Source of the DNA: a virus | Lineage: Duplodnaviria; Heunggongvirae; Uroviricota; Caudoviricetes | Reading direction: 5' to 3' (one strand) | Length of the DNA stretch: 28,214 bases | IMG/VR virus record: IMGVR_UViG_2657244961_000001 | In this document: positions 16,411 to 27,181 of the stretch, piece after piece | Layout: every line of letters begins with the position of its first letter | How positions within the stretch are numbered: position 1 is the stretch's first letter | Program-made: the position numbers and the translations under genes | Notes under the pieces: generated by a model | Told to the model about the DNA's origin: nothing | Database searches by the model: none | Seen by the model: only the letters and a program-made list of their open reading frames with translations

Positions 16411-16767
16411 ATGGCTGGAAATCAGCGTCAGGGGGTGGCGTTCATCCGTGTCAATGGCATGGAGCTTGAAACGATGGAAGGGGCCTCCTTCACGCCTTCC
16501 GGCATCACCCGTGAAGAAGTGACCGGCTCGCGGGTTTATGGCTGGAAAGGTAAACCACGTGCCGCAAAGCTGGAATGCAAAATTCCGGGCGGTGGTGATA
16601 TCGGTCTGGATGAAATCATCGGCTGGGAAAACATCACGGCAGAGTTTCAGGCAGACACCGGTGAAACCTGGATGATGGCGAATGCCTGGCAGGCAGATGA
16701 ACCGAAAAACGACGGCGGCGAAATTTCGCTGGTACTGATGGCAAAACAAAGCAAACGCATTGCATAA
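16411..16767 (+). CDS. tail tube protein
   Basis: 118 aa; AAGGAG upstream; position after sheath. Confidence 0.85.
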   Translation: MAGNQRQGVAFIRVNGMELETMEGASFTPSGITREEVTGSRVYGWKGKPRAAKLECKIPGGGDIGLDEIIGWENITAEFQADTGETWMMANAWQADEPKNDGGEISLVLMAKQSKRIA

Positions 16768-16776
16768 GGGGAAACA

Positions 16777-17211
16777 ATGGACGAAATGAATTTAAGTCCT
16801 GAAGCACAGGAACTGCATGACAGCATTGTGGCTGAGCTTCAGTCCGGTGGTCTGAAACTGAAAGACGGCCTGCCGTTCGGCACCGGTGACGAGACTGAAA
16901 TGCAGTATGACGTGACACTGCGTGAACTGACCGCAGGCGATATGATTGATGCACAGGCGGCTGCTGAAAAGCTTGTAATGAGCAAGGAAGGTCCGGTGCT
17001 GGTCAGTTCCCCGTCCCGGATGGGACTGGAAATGCTGCGCCGACAGATTGCCAGCGTGGGCTGCATCAAAGGCCCGTTGTCGATGGCGCTGATTCGTAAG
17101 CTGTCTGTCGATGACTTCCAGCGTCTGTCGCTGGCCACAGAAATGTACGACATGGCTGTGGCGGCATCGCTGACACAAGAACGGGGGCGAGTGGCTGCGG
17201 TGCCGGAATGA
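16777..17211 (+). CDS. tail assembly chaperone-like protein (Mu gp41-like)
   Basis: 144 aa acidic protein directly upstream of tape measure gene. Confidence 0.55.
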   Translation: MDEMNLSPEAQELHDSIVAELQSGGLKLKDGLPFGTGDETEMQYDVTLRELTAGDMIDAQAAAEKLVMSKEGPVLVSSPSRMGLEMLRRQIASVGCIKGPLSMALIRKLSVDDFQRLSLATEMYDMAVAASLTQERGRVAAVPE

Positions 17212-17355
17212 TATTGAGAAAGCGGCGACAGCGATTGGCGTTATTCTGAAAAGTGGCCCGGAATGGGCCTTGTCTCTCCCGCTGTCCCGCTTTTTCCGGC
17301 ACTGCCAGCAGGCTAAAACCCTCTCTCAATATCACCGTTAAATCAGGAAATATCT
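17212..17355 (+). promoter_or_regulatory. structured intergenic region upstream of tape measure gene (10-bp inverted repeat, internal hairpin, two TCCCGC copies)
   Basis: GATATTGAGA at 17210-17219 and TCTCAATATC at 17324-17333; GGCCCggaatGGGCC hairpin; TCCCGC at 17277-17282 and 17285-17290. Confidence 0.25.
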
Positions 17356-19428
17356 ATGACCGGGAAACGCTTAAAGGCGTCTGTCATTATTGATCTTAAT
17401 GGCAATCTTTCCCGGCGTTCCCGCCAGTATTCGAACCAGATAAACGCCCTGTCCCGTAGCGGGCAAAGTTCCCTTCGTGCCCTGCGTATGGAGGTTGTGC
17501 GCGTTTCTGGTGCCATTGACAGAATGGGTTCACTGTCAACCCGTACATTCCGAATGCTGTCAGCCGGGGCGCTGGGTATCGCTGGTGTGGGTTACACCGC
17601 CAATAAACTGTTTATTGGTGCAGCCGCCCAGCGTGAGCAGCAGATCATCGCCATGAACTCGCTGTATCACGGCGATAAGGTCAGAGCGCAGGCCATGATG
17701 GCCTGGGCAAAGCAGAACGCGAAGGACACCACGTGGGGGCTGAGTGGTGTTCTGGATGAGATCCGTTCGTCGAAAGGCTTCGGCATGACGGATGAACAGA
17801 CGAAACAGTTCATCACCATGTTGCAGGATCAGGGGGCCATGCACGGCTGGGATTTACCCACTGCCCAGGGTGCCTCACTGCAACTGAAACAGATGTTTGC
17901 CCGCCAGCAAATCACAGCGGCGGATGCCAACCTGCTGACCGGTTACGGTATCAACGTTTATCAGGCGCTGGCGGATGCAACGGGAACGGACGTTAAAAAA
18001 ATCCGTGATCTGGGTACAAAGGGCAAGCTGGGCCTGAAATCCATTCTGACGGTATTCAGAACGCTGTCAGAACAGTCAAAAGGTGCACAGGCCAGTGCGA
18101 TGAACTCCTGGGACGGGATGTTCGCCCAGATGGAAGCCAACCTGCTTGAATTTCGCATAAAGGTGGCAAACAGCGGCCCCTTTGAAGAAATCAAGAACGA
18201 GATGCGCCGGGTGCTTAACTGGCACGACATGGCGGATAAATCCGGGGAGCTTGACGCACTGGCAGAAAACATTGGTCAGAAATTTCTGACCACGTTCAGA
18301 ACGGTAAAAATCGCGGCGCAGGAGTTATGGCGCTGGCTGAAACCGGGTAAAGATGCGCTGGCATGGGTTGACCAGAATATTGTCAGCCTGAAAAAACTGG
18401 CTGCTGTTCTGGTGTCTGTCTGGCTTGCCAATAAAGCCCTGAGAGCAGGCTGGGCTGTGGCAAAACCCTCATGGCAGGTTGCCAGTTATCCGTTTAAAAC
18501 CGGGCGTCGTATGTGGCGCTGGATGCGAAACCGCAAACGTGGGCAGGCAGGTCTGCCGGTCCCGGATGCCATGACGTCTGAGACGCTGTTGCAGGGTATC
18601 GGCATTCAGCGTGTGTTTGTCATCAACTGGCCCCGTGGATTTGGTGGCTACGGGAGTGGCGGCGGTCGTCGCGTACGGAGCGGCGGAAGAATGGCCCCGC
18701 TGTTACCCCGCCAGCCGTTATTGCTGTCCGGGCCACAGCCGCTGGCATTACCTGCACCACGCCCTGTACTGGCATTACCCCCACCCGGCGTACCGGTAAC
18801 GGCACGGCCTGCACCATTACCTTTACCCGGTAAATCCGGTCTTCTGAGCAGGCTTGCAGGCAGTGCTGCCGGGCAACTGGTTACGGGAACGGTCGGAAAG
18901 CTGGCTGATGCCGGGCGTGCCGTTGGCGGGTGGTTTTCCGGTATCGGAAACAAACTTGCAGGCAGTGCGATCGGTCGGGTTGTGACAAAAGGTGCCGGGG
19001 CGCTGGGCTGGATGGGGAAAGGTGCCGGTCGTGCGTTGTCACGTCTGGGTGGCCCGGTAATGGGGGCACTCCAGCTTGCCCCCGTCCTGATGGATGAGCA
19101 GGCGTCAACCCATGAAAAAGCAGGCGCAATTGGCAGTACAGCCGGTGCATGGCTCGGCGGTGCCGTTGGCAGCCTTGCCGGACCGCTGGGTACGGTTGCC
19201 GGTGCCACGCTGGGCAGTGTCGCCGGGGAGTATCTGGGCGGTTTTGTAACCGACCTGTATCAGAAATGGACGGCCCCGGATAAGGAGCCGCAGGAGCAAA
19301 AAGTGAATGCGGAAGCCTCGCTGCGCGTCGAACTTGGCGAGGGGTTACGTCTGACCAGTTCCCGCGTCACCGAGGACGGTATGGGGCTGAATATTTACGC
19401 GGGCGATAACTACATTACGGGCTGGTAA
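17356..19428 (+). CDS. tail tape measure protein
   Basis: 690 aa; position after chaperone; Pro/Ala- and Gly-rich repetitive segment in the C-terminal third. Confidence 0.85.
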   Translation: MTGKRLKASVIIDLNGNLSRRSRQYSNQINALSRSGQSSLRALRMEVVRVSGAIDRMGSLSTRTFRMLSAGALGIAGVGYTANKLFIGAAAQREQQIIAMNSLYHGDKVRAQAMMAWAKQNAKDTTWGLSGVLDEIRSSKGFGMTDEQTKQFITMLQDQGAMHGWDLPTAQGASLQLKQMFARQQITAADANLLTGYGINVYQALADATGTDVKKIRDLGTKGKLGLKSILTVFRTLSEQSKGAQASAMNSWDGMFAQMEANLLEFRIKVANSGPFEEIKNEMRRVLNWHDMADKSGELDALAENIGQKFLTTFRTVKIAAQELWRWLKPGKDALAWVDQNIVSLKKLAAVLVSVWLANKALRAGWAVAKPSWQVASYPFKTGRRMWRWMRNRKRGQAGLPVPDAMTSETLLQGIGIQRVFVINWPRGFGGYGSGGGRRVRSGGRMAPLLPRQPLLLSGPQPLALPAPRPVLALPPPGVPVTARPAPLPLPGKSGLLSRLAGSAAGQLVTGTVGKLADAGRAVGGWFSGIGNKLAGSAIGRVVTKGAGALGWMGKGAGRALSRLGGPVMGALQLAPVLMDEQASTHEKAGAIGSTAGAWLGGAVGSLAGPLGTVAGATLGSVAGEYLGGFVTDLYQKWTAPDKEPQEQKVNAEASLRVELGEGLRLTSSRVTEDGMGLNIYAGDNYITGW

Positions 19429-19432
19429 AACC

Positions 19433-20920
19433 ATGTTTGAAGATGCTTTAAATGCCGTTAATGCTGTCCGGGATAAAACCGGTGGAGGCAGGAAAACAAC
19501 CGGCAAAGGCACGTTCCGTAACGTGCCGTTTCTCGTCATCGAGGAGCAAAAACAGGCTGGCGGACGTCGCCTGGTTAAACGCGAGTACCCGTTACGTGAT
19601 ACCGGCGGCGTCAATGACCTGGGGAAAAAGCTTCGCTCCCGTACATTCAGCGTCTGCATTCTGAACAGTAACGCAGAAACAGCCAGAGATGAAGCGGGTG
19701 CGCTGATGGATGCTCTTGATGCTCCGGGCAGCGGTGAGCTGGTACATCCTGATTTCGGCACTGTGGACGTCATGGTGGATTCATGGGAATGCCGCACTAA
19801 AGCGGATGAACTGAATTATTACGCGTTCACCGTTACCGTTTATCCGTCATTGCAGGATACTGCCCCGGACGCAGAAACAGACACCAGTGCAGCCGTACCG
19901 GCACAGGCCGTTGCTGTAACCGGTTCTCTGGGAGATACGCTGTCCTCTGTCTGGCAGACCGTAAAAGATGGCACTGCGGCGGCAACCGCCGTGATGGAAG
20001 CTGTAACCGGTATCATCGATGATATCAGTGATGCGGTGGACAATCTGGGGGTTACGCAGACTGTCAGCGGTCTGATGGGATCGCTTTCTGCGATGAAAGG
20101 CTCTGTGACCAGCCTGATTAACCAGCCTGCCATGCTGGCCTCCTCGCTGATGGGGGCGCTGTCCGGCGTTTCATCGTTATGCGATACCCGGACAGCATTT
20201 TCCACATGGAACCGTCTGGCGCAGCGATTCGAACGTCGCCATACTGCCACCGCAGGCAGACAGGGGACAATCACAACCTCGTACAACAGTCCGGTTGCAG
20301 AAAAAAATATTGCCACACTGAACTACGTCATGCTGGCGGCGGCACAAACATACCGGGCAGAAGCTGCCAGCCAGGCACTGACTGCGGCACTGGATTTCAG
20401 TCGCCGGATGGATAATGCCGCCCGTGCACCTGTACTGGATGCCCCGTCCACCACAACCGGCACAGCCAGCGGGGCCAGCAGCACATCTGCTACCGTCACA
20501 CAGGGACAGTTACAGTTAACTGCCATAACCCCGGACGGCGGCTTTTCACCAGTATCCTTTTCAGACAGTAGCACAGCCACGCCCCCGGTATTTGAAAGCG
20601 TGTCCGATATCGAAAAAACAACTGCCATGCTGGGGGCGGCGCTGGATAGCGTCATTCTGACGGCATCTGAGCAGGGTTTTTCGACAGACAGTGTTCAGCT
20701 TACGCAACTGCGTCTGCTGGTTGTTGCCGACCTGGAAAAACGCGGGCTGCAACTGGCGGGCAGTGAAACGCACCGCCTGCCGGAGACGATGCCTGCAATG
20801 GTGGCCCTGTACCGTTACACAGGAAACAGCCGGAACTGGCAACGGCTGGCCCGCAGGAACGGTATCAGCAACCCGTTGTTTGTTCCCGGCGGTGTCAGTA
20901 TTGAGGTGATTAATGAGTAA
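19433..20920 (+). CDS. DNA circularisation protein-like tail protein (Mu gp43 family)
   Basis: 495 aa; position after tape measure. Confidence 0.75.
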   Translation: MFEDALNAVNAVRDKTGGGRKTTGKGTFRNVPFLVIEEQKQAGGRRLVKREYPLRDTGGVNDLGKKLRSRTFSVCILNSNAETARDEAGALMDALDAPGSGELVHPDFGTVDVMVDSWECRTKADELNYYAFTVTVYPSLQDTAPDAETDTSAAVPAQAVAVTGSLGDTLSSVWQTVKDGTAAATAVMEAVTGIIDDISDAVDNLGVTQTVSGLMGSLSAMKGSVTSLINQPAMLASSLMGALSGVSSLCDTRTAFSTWNRLAQRFERRHTATAGRQGTITTSYNSPVAEKNIATLNYVMLAAAQTYRAEAASQALTAALDFSRRMDNAARAPVLDAPSTTTGTASGASSTSATVTQGQLQLTAITPDGGFSPVSFSDSSTATPPVFESVSDIEKTTAMLGAALDSVILTASEQGFSTDSVQLTQLRLLVVADLEKRGLQLAGSETHRLPETMPAMVALYRYTGNSRNWQRLARRNGISNPLFVPGGVSIEVINE

Positions 20921-22049
20921 TACCGTCACGCTGCGAACGGATGGCAGGCTTTTTACCGGCTGGACGTCAGTCTCTGTCACCCGCTCGATTGAATCCGTAG
21001 CCGGATATTTTGAGCTGGGGGTGAATGTGCCACCGGGTACAGATTTATCCGGGCTGGCACCGGGGAAAGCGTTCACGCTGGAAATCGACGGGCAGATTGT
21101 CTGCACCGGTTACATCGATTCGCGGCGACGCCAGATGACCGCTGACAGCATGAAAATCATTATTGCCGGGCGCGACAAAACGGCTGACCTGATTGACTGT
21201 GCAGCCGTTTACAGTGGCGGGCAGTGGAAAAAACGCACACTGGAACAGATTGCGCGTGACCTGTGCGCTCCTTATGGCGTTACCGTTCGCTGGGAGCTTT
21301 CCGATAAGGAAAGTTCGGCAGCTTTTCCCGGCTTCACGCTGGACCATTCAGAAACCGTTTATGAGGCGCTGGTGCGTGCCTCCCGCGCACGCGGTGTACT
21401 GATGACCAGCAATGCCGCAGGAGAGCTGGTATTCAGCCGGGCTGCCAGCACAGCCACTGATGAGCTGGTTCTCGGAGAAAATCTGCTGACACTGGATTTT
21501 GAGGAAGACTTCCGCGACCGGTTCAGCGAATACACCGTCAAGGGGTATGCCCGCGCAAACGGTGCTGAGGGTGATGATATTGATGCGAAAAGTATCGTCT
21601 CCCGGAAAGGGACCGCCACTGACAGTGATGTGACCCGTTACAGACCGATGATCATCATTGCCGACAGCAAAATTACGGCGAAGGATGCACAGGCCCGCGC
21701 CCTGCGTGAGCAACGCCGCAGACTGGCAAAATCCATCACCTTTGAGGCAGAAATTGACGGATGGACACGCAAGGACGGGCAACTCTGGATGCCGAACCTG
21801 CTGGTCACTATTGATGCCTCGAAATATGCCATCAAAACCACAGAATTACTGGTCAGCAAAGTCACCCTGATACTGAATGACCAGGACGGGCTGAAAACCC
21901 GCCTCAGCCTTGCACCACGCGAAGGCTTTCTGGTGCCGGTTGAAAGCGACCGTAAAAACAGGAAAGGCGACAGTAACGGCGGTATTGATGCGCTGGTTGA
22001 AGATTATTATCGCAGACACCCGGAGAAAACGCCGCCGTGGAAAGAGTAA
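20913..22049 (+). CDS. baseplate hub/tail protein (Mu gp44-like)
   Basis: 378 aa; GAGGTGA upstream; 8-bp overlap with the upstream gene. Confidence 0.75.
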   Translation: MSNTVTLRTDGRLFTGWTSVSVTRSIESVAGYFELGVNVPPGTDLSGLAPGKAFTLEIDGQIVCTGYIDSRRRQMTADSMKIIIAGRDKTADLIDCAAVYSGGQWKKRTLEQIARDLCAPYGVTVRWELSDKESSAAFPGFTLDHSETVYEALVRASRARGVLMTSNAAGELVFSRAASTATDELVLGENLLTLDFEEDFRDRFSEYTVKGYARANGAEGDDIDAKSIVSRKGTATDSDVTRYRPMIIIADSKITAKDAQARALREQRRRLAKSITFEAEIDGWTRKDGQLWMPNLLVTIDASKYAIKTTELLVSKVTLILNDQDGLKTRLSLAPREGFLVPVESDRKNRKGDSNGGIDALVEDYYRRHPEKTPPWKE

Positions 22050-22630
22050 ATGATTCCGCCATGAACCGCCTGTTGACACCGCTGATGCGTCGTGTGCGTC
22101 TGATGCTTGCGCGTGCCGTTGTTAACGTGATTAACGACGGGCGAAAGGTTCAGAACCTGCAGGTCGGTCTGCTGGATGATGAGGAATCTGATGAAGTGGA
22201 GCGCCTGCAAAATTACGGGCATTTCAGCGTTCCTCTGCCGGGCGCAGAGGCGCTGATTGCCTGTGTGGGTGCACAACGTGATCAGGGGATTGCCGTTGTG
22301 GTGGAAGACCGCCGCTACCGCCCGACAAATCTTGAACCGGGTGATGCAGGCATTTACCACCACGAGGGACATCGTATCAGGCTGACAAAGGACGGGCGCT
22401 GCATCATTACCTGTAAAACGGTTGAGATTTACGCCGATGAAAGTATGACCGTTGATACACCCAGAACCACGTTTACCGGCGACGTTGAGATCCAGAAAGG
22501 TCTGAGCGTTAAAGGTAAAAGCCAGTTCGACAGCAATATTACTGCCCCGGATGCCATCATCAATGGCAAATCGACGGATAAGCATATCCACCGCGGCGAC
22601 AGCGGCGGAACCACGGGGCCGATGCAATGA
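22037..22630 (+). CDS. baseplate spike/assembly protein V-like (Mu gp45-like)
   Basis: GTG start at 22037, ATG at 22061 is an alternative; position. Confidence 0.75.
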   Translation: MERVNDSAMNRLLTPLMRRVRLMLARAVVNVINDGRKVQNLQVGLLDDEESDEVERLQNYGHFSVPLPGAEALIACVGAQRDQGIAVVVEDRRYRPTNLEPGDAGIYHHEGHRIRLTKDGRCIITCKTVEIYADESMTVDTPRTTFTGDVEIQKGLSVKGKSQFDSNITAPDAIINGKSTDKHIHRGDSGGTTGPMQ

Positions 22631-23064
22631 CCGATTTAGCCATTATCTGGACGAACGGACGCGGCGATATTGCACAGGATGGCATTGATATGCTGACCGA
22701 CGACAGTCTGACAACCGATGTGACAATCTCCCTGTTTACCGACCGGCGCGCGCTGGATTCTGACACGCTGCCGGATGGTTCAGATGATCGCCGTGGATGG
22801 TGGGGTGACAGTTACCGCGACCGCCCCATCGGTTCGCGGTTGTGGCTGTTATCACGTGAAAAAGCCACGCCGGATACGCTGGAACGCGCCAGAGGGTATG
22901 CCGAAGAGGCGCTGGAATGGCTGAAAACAGCGGGCCGGGTAAGTGCGATTAACGTCAGAGCGGAACAGTTACATCAGGGCTGGTTATACCTCTACATTGC
23001 ACTGACATTACCGGATGGTTCCGTTATTCCTTATGAGTTTAAAGCAGCATTTAACGGGGTTTAA
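22627..23064 (+). CDS. baseplate wedge protein (Mu gp46-like)
   Basis: 145 aa; ATGA overlap upstream. Confidence 0.75.
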   Translation: MTDLAIIWTNGRGDIAQDGIDMLTDDSLTTDVTISLFTDRRALDSDTLPDGSDDRRGWWGDSYRDRPIGSRLWLLSREKATPDTLERARGYAEEALEWLKTAGRVSAINVRAEQLHQGWLYLYIALTLPDGSVIPYEFKAAFNGV

Positions 23065-24147
23065 ATGGCTTATTCACCACCGACATTATCATCGCTGATT
23101 GCCCGTACAGAACAGAATATTGAACAGCGCCTGCCGGGTAGCTGGCCTCAGGCCCGTGAAAAAACGCTGAGTGCCATTGCTTACGCCCAGGCAGGGCTTG
23201 CAGCCGGTTGTCACGAGCATATTTCATGGGTTGGGCGGCAGATTATCCCGTCGACAGCAGATGAAGATGAGTTGCTGGAGCACTGCCGGTTCTGGGGCGT
23301 GCGCCGCAAACAGGCGACAGCCGCCAGCGGCCCGCTGACTGTCACCACATCGGCAGCGACCACCATTCCTGCCGGTACACGCTGGCAGCGTGCTGATGGT
23401 GTGGTTTACAGCCTGGCTGATGCCATTGTGATTGACCGTGCAGGAACGACGGAAATTACCGTTACCGCACTGGCTGCCGGTGAAGCAGGAAATACCGGTG
23501 AGAATACCCTTTTAACGTTGATCACCCCGGTTGCCTGTGTTGTTTCCGATGCCATCACTGTAAAAGGGTTTTCCGGTGGGGCTGATATTGAGAGTGCAGC
23601 GGAGCTGCTGTCACGGCTGGAATATCGTGTCCAGTATCCTCCGTTCGGCGGTAATCAGTTTGATTACGTTCGCTGGGCACGTGAAGTCAGCGGCGTTACC
23701 CGTGCCTGGTGTTTTCCGACATGGAAAGGCGGTGGCACAGTCGGGGTGACGTTTGTTATGGATAACCGGAGCAATATTTTTCCACAACCGGCAGACGTGG
23801 AACGCGTGGCGGATTATATCGCCGGTCATACTGACCCGATCACCGGTCTGATTGTCGGACAGCCTGACGGTGTAAATGTCACGGTATTTGCGCCAAAGGC
23901 AAAGCCGGTAAATCCACGGATTTATATATCACCGAAGACAGCCGAACTGAAACAGGCTATTACCCACGCCATTAATACTATGTTTTTTAATGAAGTGACG
24001 CCGGGCGGCGCACTTGCCCCCTCCCGTATTATCCGTGCGGTGGCAGGTGTTATCGGTCTGGATGATTTTGAAGTGCGTTTCCCGACAGAGATCCAGCGTT
24101 CGGAGAATACGGAACTGTTAACACCGGGGACAATTGAATGGCTGTAA
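23065..24147 (+). CDS. baseplate J-like protein (Mu gp47-like)
   Basis: 360 aa; position. Confidence 0.8.
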   Translation: MAYSPPTLSSLIARTEQNIEQRLPGSWPQAREKTLSAIAYAQAGLAAGCHEHISWVGRQIIPSTADEDELLEHCRFWGVRRKQATAASGPLTVTTSAATTIPAGTRWQRADGVVYSLADAIVIDRAGTTEITVTALAAGEAGNTGENTLLTLITPVACVVSDAITVKGFSGGADIESAAELLSRLEYRVQYPPFGGNQFDYVRWAREVSGVTRAWCFPTWKGGGTVGVTFVMDNRSNIFPQPADVERVADYIAGHTDPITGLIVGQPDGVNVTVFAPKAKPVNPRIYISPKTAELKQAITHAINTMFFNEVTPGGALAPSRIIRAVAGVIGLDDFEVRFPTEIQRSENTELLTPGTIEWL

Positions 24148-24680
24148 CACCCTGGCAGACTGCCTTTCTGCAATTACTGCCGTCAGGGCTTGCCTGGAAT
24201 AAAAGCCCCGACAGCAAATTATCTGCGCTGGCGCAGGCCATCAGTGACGTGATTGCCACTGCGGCGGATGATGCGCGGCAAATGCTGCGGGAGCGTTTCC
24301 CTTCCACATCCCGCTGGTATCTGGGTGAGTGGGAATCATTTCTGGGGTTGCCGGACTGTACCAGCGAAAACGGCACCCTGTCAGAACGCCAGCGGGCTGC
24401 CGCAAATAAAATGCGTATGACCGGCAATCTGAGTAGGCGCTTTTATGAATGGCTGGCTGCGCAGTACGGTTTTACCGTCAGGCTGACGGATTCCACAGAA
24501 GGCCAGTGGGTTACGCAGGTCAATATTTACGGTATTAAAAATTATCGCAACGCAACGGTGCTGGATAATGTTCTGACGCCGTTACGTGTTTATGAATCGG
24601 GTGCGCTGGAATGTTTACTGGAGAAATATAAACCCGCGCATCAGATTTATAAATTTGTTTACCATGACGGAGATAACTAA
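24138..24680 (+). CDS. tail/baseplate protein (Mu gp48-like)
   Basis: 180 aa; directly precedes the tail-fibre gene. Confidence 0.75.
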   Translation: MAVTPWQTAFLQLLPSGLAWNKSPDSKLSALAQAISDVIATAADDARQMLRERFPSTSRWYLGEWESFLGLPDCTSENGTLSERQRAAANKMRMTGNLSRRFYEWLAAQYGFTVRLTDSTEGQWVTQVNIYGIKNYRNATVLDNVLTPLRVYESGALECLLEKYKPAHQIYKFVYHDGDN

Positions 24681-26089
24681 TGTTTTATATTGATAACGAC
24701 AGCGGCGTAACCGTCATGCCGCCCGTATCCGCCCAGCGTAGTGCTATCGTTCGCTGGTTTTCAGAAGGTGACGGGAATAATGTTATCACATGGCCCGGCA
24801 TGGACTGGTTTAATATTGTGCAGGCGGAGTTATTAAACACGCTGGAAGAAGCCGGTATTCAACCGGATAAAACAAAATTAAACCAGCTTGCACTGTCCAT
24901 TAAAGCCATTATGAGCAATAACGCGCTGCTGATAAAAAATAACCTCAGCGAAATTAAAATTGCCGGGGCATCAGCACAGCGTACAGCACGTGAAAATCTG
25001 GATATCTATGATGCCAGCCTGAACAAAAAAGGACTCGTTCAGCTAACCAGTGCCACTGACAGCCCCAGTGAAACGCTGGCAGCCACCGCAAAAGCGGTGA
25101 AAATTGCGATGGATAATGCCAATGCCCGTCTGGCAAAAGACCGGAACGGAGCAGATATTCCCAATAAGCCGCTGTTTATCCAAAACCTCGGTTTGCAGGA
25201 AACAGTAAACAAGGCTGGTAACGCCGTTCAGCGTTCCGGCGATAAAATGACCGGAGAGCTGAAAATTGGCACGGTGAATGCGCTGCGAATTTTCAATGAT
25301 GCCTTCGGTCTTATTTTCCGTCGTTCAGAAGATTTTCTTCATTTCATTCCGACGGCTGAAGGACAAGGCGAAAACGGTGATATCGGCCCATTAAGGCCAT
25401 TCGCTATAAATCTGAGAACAGGTGCTATATCTGTCAGCCACGGGGCCAAAATTGAAGGAGGTCTAGCTATTGGTGCTACTGATAACGCACTGGGTGAAAA
25501 CTCCATTGTTCTGGGAGATAACGACACCGGATTTAGGCAAGATGGAGATGGTATTATTAGCTTCTATTCAAATGGTTCGCGCATCGGACATATTGATGAG
25601 TTAGGATTACATATTTATAAAGATATTGAATCTAATGGCGGCAATTTTAGATTAAAAGGTAATTACCGCCACCACATTACATTCGCCAACGAAGACGGAA
25701 GTATTCGTATGTTTTTGTGGAAAGATAAAGATGGTGATGGTGTTCATATTAATAATGGTTCAAGCGGTGGCGGTGATTTCGTTTTTAAAACAGATGGGGG
25801 ATTTGCGCTGGGAAGTGGTGCGCAAGTTGCGTCTAATGGCGATATTTATGGTTCAGTGTGGGAAAACAACTGGTTAAGCACATGGCTGCATAATCATGTC
25901 GTTCGGGATATTCGTCTTGGCAGCATTGAATATAAAAACGTATGGCGCGACTCCGGCTTTGGCGATGCGTCAGGTTATGTTTTAACAGCCGCAATTAACA
26001 GCAATGCGGATGATATTGTCGACACTGTTGCCAGAAGGCCAATTCAGAAATTGATTGGGGGAATATGGTATAACGTGGGGAGTGTTTAA
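24680..26089 (+). CDS. S: tail fibre protein S (constant N-terminal part up to about 25190, variable C-terminal part after the gix-like site)
   Basis: 469 aa; GGAG upstream; C-terminus similar to the C-terminus of the inverted S' cassette. Confidence 0.85.
   Translation: MFYIDNDSGVTVMPPVSAQRSAIVRWFSEGDGNNVITWPGMDWFNIVQAELLNTLEEAGIQPDKTKLNQLALSIKAIMSNNALLIKNNLSEIKIAGASAQRTARENLDIYDASLNKKGLVQLTSATDSPSETLAATAKAVKIAMDNANARLAKDRNGADIPNKPLFIQNLGLQETVNKAGNAVQRSGDKMTGELKIGTVNALRIFNDAFGLIFRRSEDFLHFIPTAEGQGENGDIGPLRPFAINLRTGAISVSHGAKIEGGLAIGATDNALGENSIVLGDNDTGFRQDGDGIISFYSNGSRIGHIDELGLHIYKDIESNGGNFRLKGNYRHHITFANEDGSIRMFLWKDKDGDGVHINNGSSGGGDFVFKTDGGFALGSGAQVASNGDIYGSVWENNWLSTWLHNHVVRDIRLGSIEYKNVWRDSGFGDASGYVLTAAINSNADDIVDTVARRPIQKLIGGIWYNVGSV
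25176..25201. other. gix-like 26-bp site-specific recombination (DNA invertase crossover) site inside S
   Basis: TTATCCAAAACC-TC-GGTTTGCAGGAA; differs at one position from the Mu gix sequence as I recall it (TTATCCAAAACCTCGGTTTACAGGAA). Confidence 0.6.
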
Positions 26090-26090
26090 G

Positions 26091-26618
26091 ATGATGCACC
26101 TGAAAAATATTAAGGCCGGGAATCCGAAAACACCGGAACAATACCAGCTAACTAAAAAAGCGGGCGTGGTATGGCTCTTTTGTGAAGATGGCAAAAACTG
26201 GTATGAGGAACAAAAGAATTTTCAGCCAGACACCATAAAAATTGCTTACGATGAGAACAACATCATCGTTGCTGTCAGTAAAGACGTTTCAACTATTAAT
26301 CCTGAAGGGCTAAGCATAGTTGAAGTTCCTGATATTACGGCAAATCGTCGCGCAGACAATAACGGAAAATGGATGTTTCTGGATGGTAAAGTAGTAAAGA
26401 GGGAATATACAGAACAGGAACTGCAACAACAGGCCGAATCACAAAAGGCCGCGTTACTTTCCGAAGCGGAAAGCGTTATTCAGCCACTGGAGCGCGCTGT
26501 CAGGCTGAATATGGCAACAGATGAGGAACGTACACGACTGGAAGCCTGGGAACGCTACAGCGTTCTGGTCAGCCGCGTGGATACGGCAAAGCCAGAATGG
26601 CCACAAAAACCAGAGTAA
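26091..26618 (+). CDS. U: tail fibre assembly protein U
   Basis: ATG one nt after S stop; N-terminus [30 protein letters not shown]...[10 protein letters not shown] nearly identical to the N-terminus of the inverted U' copy. Confidence 0.85.
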   Translation: MMHLKNIKAGNPKTPEQYQLTKKAGVVWLFCEDGKNWYEEQKNFQPDTIKIAYDENNIIVAVSKDVSTINPEGLSIVEVPDITANRRADNNGKWMFLDGKVVKREYTEQELQQQAESQKAALLSEAESVIQPLERAVRLNMATDEERTRLEAWERYSVLVSRVDTAKPEWPQKPE

Positions 26619-26622
26619 AATT

Positions 26623-26642
26623 AAGGCCCGATAGCGGGCCTT
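26623..26642. terminator. bidirectional rho-independent terminator between convergent U and U'
   Basis: AAGGCCCG-atag-CGGGCCTT perfect 8-bp stem, flanked by A/T-rich sequence on both sides. Confidence 0.6.
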
Positions 26643-26645
26643 CTC

Positions 26646-27179
26646 TCATTCTGGTTGTTCGGGAAACGTTACTGGCAGGCTGGAGGTGTCTGTAGATTCG
26701 ACTTTCTGCGCATAGAGCATCCACTCGATTAATTTTTGTTTATTCTCGTCTGAAATGATACCCAGCCGTAGCTGTGAGTCCCATAGCTGGGTTTTATCCC
26801 TGACAAGTTGCAACAGGCTTTGTTTTTCATTCTCTGCCTGCTGCCTCTGTTCTTCCTCGGTATAAGTTCGCTTTATCACTACGCCATCTTTGAACATCCA
26901 TTTACCCGAAATGTCAGCACGGCGATTTGCAGTAATGTCAGCAACCTCAACAACGCTTAAACCTTCTGGATTTATTGTAGATACGTCTTTATCTATAGCC
27001 ACAATAATTCCATCTGATGTGTAAGCAATTTTTATAGTGTCATCCTGAAAGTTCTTTTGTTCCTCATACCAGTTTTTATCGTCCTCAGAATACAACCAGA
27101 CAACACCGAATTGTCGCGTCAATTCATATTGTTCAACAGTTTTTGGATTTCCGGATCTGATGTTTTTCAAATGCTGCAT
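26646..27179 (-). CDS. tail fibre assembly protein U' (alternative cassette, inverted)
   Basis: 177 aa on - strand; conserved N-terminus with U, divergent C-terminus. Confidence 0.8.
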   Translation of the reverse strand: MQHLKNIRSGNPKTVEQYELTRQFGVVWLYSEDDKNWYEEQKNFQDDTIKIAYTSDGIIVAIDKDVSTINPEGLSVVEVADITANRRADISGKWMFKDGVVIKRTYTEEEQRQQAENEKQSLLQLVRDKTQLWDSQLRLGIISDENKQKLIEWMLYAQKVESTDTSSLPVTFPEQPE

Positions 27180-27181
27180 AA

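Noticed and set aside
15940-16749. 269-codon ORF on the - strand
   Set aside because: Antisense to the sheath and tube genes; no independent support
18648-19208. 186-codon Pro/Ala-rich ORF on the - strand
   Set aside because: Antisense artefact of the GC-rich, low-complexity region of the tape measure gene
22007-22627. 206-codon ORF on the - strand
   Set aside because: Antisense to the baseplate V-like gene; no independent support
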